From contig CAWGRW010000009.1 of NCBI GenBank assembly GCA_963825135.1, forward strand, positions 1,824,001 through 1,888,000: a stretch of DNA of 64,000 bases, in the 5' to 3' direction. The DNA is from an uncultured bacterium (lineage in GTDB: Bacteria; Desulfobacterota_D; UBA1144; Nemesobacterales; UBA2774). A program made the position numbers and the translations under genes. Shown here piece by piece: positions 60,730 to 64,000 of the stretch; the stretch's first letter is position 1; the number at the start of each line of letters is the position of its first letter. The notes beneath the pieces were generated by a model. It was given only the letters and a program-made list of their open reading frames with translations, had not been told where the DNA came from and ran no database searches.

Positions 60730-61968
60730 TCAGAGCTTATCGGACTGCGATATGCCCAAGATATGTCCCCTGATGCTTTTGATAACGCTTTGACGGTCGT
60801 ATATGCTTATTGCTTTCTCCCTGGCCGCCATACCCATTTTATCGCATAAATCAGCGTCACCGAGTAGTCTCACGCATGCTTCCGCAAACGTTTCAGGTTC
60901 GTCTCGTATGAATATCTCCGACCCCTCTGTGAACTCCAGTCCTTCCGCCCCTATCGTAGTGGCTACTGTCGGTTTGCCGTAAGCGGCTGCTTCCACGATT
61001 TTAAAACGGGTCCCTGCCCCCATTAGAATAGGCACGGCCGTAGCCCGCACCTTTCTATAAAGATCTGCCAGGTCATCGACGAAGCCGATCGTTTCAAGGC
61101 CGGGAATCGCGGTTGTATCAAGTCTAAGCTTATCCGCCGCCGTGCCGGCAATAATAAGCTTTGCATGCGGGAGCTTTTTCCTGACGAGAGGCCAGATATC
61201 TTTTAGGAGGTACTCTGCCGCATCGACGTTTGGCGGGTATTCGGAGCCGAGAAACAACAGGTTAGGGGCGGGCATAGAAGGCTCCATCCTCGGTATCTCG
61301 ACTGCATTGGGTATAGTGACAACCCCGGTGAGGCCGTATTTTTTGTTTAGGTAGCGGCGGTCGAAGTCCGAGCAAACCGCTGTCCTGGATGCGAGCCCAA
61401 TAGCATTATATTCTCCTCTCGTAAGCGCCGGGAGCAGAAAATAAAGGAGTTTGGTCTTAACGCTGTTCCGGGTCTGTATGTAGCGTTTCAAAGCTATATG
61501 TTCGATGTCGTCGAGATCGAAAAAGATGGGCGGGAGCGGTTTCTTGGTCAAGAGAAGGGGACACATCGAGGAGAGCCTGTGGGCAAATATAGCATCGGGC
61601 TTCAATTCAAGACAGTCCTCGACCGCGCGTACCTGCGCCTGATCGCTGAATTCGATGCGTCCCTTCTGTTTTGAAAAACTGAAGACGCCCTTCCCGAACG
61701 ATATCCACTTAATCAACTCATTGTCCATATCGAATTCGGACATCGGGTATAGGAAAAGCCTGATCTTGGTCTTCCACAGCTTGGAGATGGACTCTTCCAG
61801 CTCCGATGTCTGCGAAGGAGAATAATCGTAATCAGGGGGGGCGAAAAACAGCACGTCGAGCTCGGCAATGCCCTTCAATGCGTCTATGAACGTCGCAATA
61901 CGTTTATAAGTACCGTGCACCTTCTTTGGGTCGTCCGGAATATATCTCGATATGAATAGTATTTTCAT
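60730..61968 (-). CDS. GT4 glycosyltransferase
   Basis: IPNAV, N.DA, GFVDDL and GAGTRFKIVEA...G.P.V.T.IGAEG. Confidence 0.9.
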   Translation of the reverse strand: MKILFISRYIPDDPKKVHGTYKRIATFIDALKGIAELDVLFFAPPDYDYSPSQTSELEESISKLWKTKIRLFLYPMSEFDMDNELIKWISFGKGVFSFSKQKGRIEFSDQAQVRAVEDCLELKPDAIFAHRLSSMCPLLLTKKPLPPIFFDLDDIEHIALKRYIQTRNSVKTKLLYFLLPALTRGEYNAIGLASRTAVCSDFDRRYLNKKYGLTGVVTIPNAVEIPRMEPSMPAPNLLFLGSEYPPNVDAAEYLLKDIWPLVRKKLPHAKLIIAGTAADKLRLDTTAIPGLETIGFVDDLADLYRKVRATAVPILMGAGTRFKIVEAAAYGKPTVATTIGAEGLEFTEGSEIFIRDEPETFAEACVRLLGDADLCDKMGMAAREKAISIYDRQSVIKSIRGHILGISQSDKL

Positions 61969-62016
61969 GGAGTCTTTTATTTACTGAATGAACGGTTTCT
62001 TTGCCAGATCTATTCT

Positions 62017-63162
62017 CTAGTTTGCCGTGATTCGTTTTCTTTTGATTAATTCACAATAGATGTCGGTCACCCCTTTAACCATTTTTTCCGACGCGAAATT
62101 CTTAATTATAGTCTCTTTCCCCGAGGCCGCGAGTCTGCCGGCAAGCGATTTATCTGACAAAAGGAGTTTGATACTCTCTGCCAGGGCATTCGGATCTGCG
62201 GTCGGGACTAAAATACCGTTCTCTCGATCAGTAATTATTTCCTTGATTCCGTCAATGTCGGTGGCTATGACCGGTCTGGAAGCCGACATTGCTTCCAGTA
62301 CGGATAAAGGGAGGCCTTCTAGGAGCGAGGGCAAGACAAAGATATCGCAGGCATTCAACAGTTCCGGTATGTCGTCCCTCTGTCCAAGGAATACTACTCT
62401 GTCTGCAACCTTAAGGTCTCGGGCTTTCCTCTCCATCGCCGACCTTTCCGGACCGTCGCCGGCTAGCAGGAAGATTGCATCAGGGACCAGCTGAGCCGCT
62501 TCTATTAAATATTTATGCCCTTTAAGCTCGTCTATCCGGGCAACGGTCAATATTACTTTTTTATCTTCGTTATTTTTCAACTCCGATTTCAATAAATTTT
62601 CATCACCCTTGTGGCAGAAATCCTGAACATTCACTGCGTTCTGGACGACCTTCACCTTGTTTCCCGATATTACATTTTTTTTCAGACGCTCTGCCTGTTT
62701 GTATGATACTGCTATGTAATAGTCGACGAACATTGATATTAGCTTCTGGTAGAATATCAACGTGTATATCCGGGAAATTCTACGCGCCCGGATTTCCTGA
62801 TACGAATGCTGAGTGGCCACTATGGCTTTGATACCCGCGAGTTTCGCGCAAATAATGCCGCCTGTGCATTTTAAATTTGATACCAATTGCGCGTGGAATA
62901 TAGCCGGGTGAAGTTCTTTCAGATTCTGTATCATTTTCTTCATACCCCTTAGATCCCACAGCCCGTTTACTATAGACGCAGACAGCGTATTAATGCCCAG
63001 GCCTTCGACTCTCTCGACGAATTCAAGAATGCCCGGATTCTGCTGGTAAACCAAAACCGGTTCCCAAAGATCTCGATCCACTACCCTCAGGAGGTTAAAC
63101 AGCATCTGTTCCGCACCGCCGAAGCCCTTACTTTCTATGTAGTATACAATTCTGTGTTTCAT
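62017..63162 (-). CDS. GT4 glycosyltransferase
   Basis: GGAEQ, KGH, G.RDD and EGLPLSVLEAM. Confidence 0.92.
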   Translation of the reverse strand: MKHRIVYYIESKGFGGAEQMLFNLLRVVDRDLWEPVLVYQQNPGILEFVERVEGLGINTLSASIVNGLWDLRGMKKMIQNLKELHPAIFHAQLVSNLKCTGGIICAKLAGIKAIVATQHSYQEIRARRISRIYTLIFYQKLISMFVDYYIAVSYKQAERLKKNVISGNKVKVVQNAVNVQDFCHKGDENLLKSELKNNEDKKVILTVARIDELKGHKYLIEAAQLVPDAIFLLAGDGPERSAMERKARDLKVADRVVFLGQRDDIPELLNACDIFVLPSLLEGLPLSVLEAMSASRPVIATDIDGIKEIITDRENGILVPTADPNALAESIKLLLSDKSLAGRLAASGKETIIKNFASEKMVKGVTDIYCELIKRKRITAN

Positions 63163-63328
63163 GTGTTTATATTGTCTCTGCCCGGTCTCTGATTAGCTGG
63201 CTTAGGCCTTGTCAAGACGAGTTTTCTTTAAAAGAGCAATGCGAATCTGCTCCTCGAAACATTCCGGATACATTGGAGCGATTATTTGATAGAGCATCTA
63301 TTTGAAGTAATCATGACGTAAACTCCGG

Positions 63329-64000
63329 CTAGATATCCTTCGTGTATTTAGCTCTTACCTTTTTTATCAACCTTCCCACACCCCGCATTTTGCTATGAAC
63401 ATATTGCCACCACCGTAGCGTCGTCTTATATTTGCCTTCGTAATGCAGTATCAATACGAAGTCGACAATATTGTAGGAACCAAGGACATTGATACGAGGC
63501 AGCGCCAGGGGATCGTCCTCACGCCTCGCAAACCTTTCTATAACCGAGCAAACGGTATTGTAGCCTGCCTTGGCAGCCGATGATTTCACCGCATCGTTGA
63601 ATAAACCGTAGGGATAGGCCAGGTGCGCTACTTCATGGCCCAGATGTTCTTCAAGGACTTTTCGTGATTCCGCCAACTCCTTGTAGCAGTCCTCCGGGGT
63701 TAACTCGGTCAGGTCCGGGTGTGTCTTGCTATGGCTGCCGACTTGGAATCCATTCGTTTCGAGAAATTTGACTGTGTCCCAACCAATGACAGGAAATTCG
63801 CATCCTATTTCAGGCATGAGCCAGTGACTTTGACCTCCGACACAATCGGTAGGGACGAAAAACACCGCTTTGAATCCGTTTGATTTGAGGATCGGTATTG
63901 CATAATCGATGGACTCCTGATAACAGTCATCGAATGTTATAAGAACAGTTTTAGGCGGCAGATCGATATTCCCCTTTTTGTAATTCTCCAGTTGATCGAG
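63329..64000 (-). CDS. Polysaccharide deacetylase (NodB/CE4), 5'-truncated by the window edge
   Basis: The frame stays open to 64000: PKTVLITFDDCY, GSHSKTH, AYPYG and LPRI. Confidence 0.9.
   Translation of the reverse strand, partial: LDQLENYKKGNIDLPPKTVLITFDDCYQESIDYAIPILKSNGFKAVFFVPTDCVGGQSHWLMPEIGCEFPVIGWDTVKFLETNGFQVGSHSKTHPDLTELTPEDCYKELAESRKVLEEHLGHEVAHLAYPYGLFNDAVKSSAAKAGYNTVCSVIERFARREDDPLALPRINVLGSYNIVDFVLILHYEGKYKTTLRWWQYVHSKMRGVGRLIKKVRAKYTKDI

Noticed and set aside
1..64000. tRNA, rRNA, IS/transposase, integrase, prophage or defence genes
   Set aside because: No supporting motifs seen by eye; tRNAscan, ISEScan and DefenseFinder would be needed to exclude them formally

Overview
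Bacterial chromosomal window from a diderm. A Deltaproteobacteria-like lineage such as Ca. Dadabacteria is only a tentative impression from the housekeeping proteins. Left end (1-12 kb, minus strand): a Wzm/Wzt ABC-transporter glycan cluster with five GT2s, a CgeB-like glycosyltransferase and three methyltransferases, one of them frameshifted. Middle (12-43 kb): macro domain, Nudix, ssb, cupin, glmU-glmS, purD, then a continuous str-S10-spc-alpha ribosomal superoperon (rpsL to rplQ) that lacks rpmD/uL30, followed by an LLM oxidoreductase, TIGR01777, pdxH, ubiE/menG and metF. Accessory region (43-53 kb): a candidate ~200-nt structured RNA, an orphan GT4, a Sel1 lipoprotein, and a doubly Fur-boxed module (small Cys-rich ORF; porin + flavinylation-motif FMN-binding protein + His-pair membrane protein). 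It also holds a secreted DNRLRE/CBM96-linker-beta-helix gene behind a sigma54-like promoter and a c-di-GMP-I riboswitch, split by a 1-nt deletion in a 12-bp repeat, plus a paralogous beta-helix lipoprotein. Right end (53-64 kb, minus strand): a Wzy-type exopolysaccharide cluster with five GT4s, a GT2, a NodB deacetylase and a terminal glucuronyl C5-epimerase. The best novelty candidates are the putative iron-responsive flavin/heme redox-uptake module and a putative c-di-GMP-controlled uronic-acid (GAG/alginate-like) polymer synthesis and remodelling locus. No tRNA, rRNA, CRISPR array or transposase was seen. All family calls are from motif recognition by eye, not database searches.
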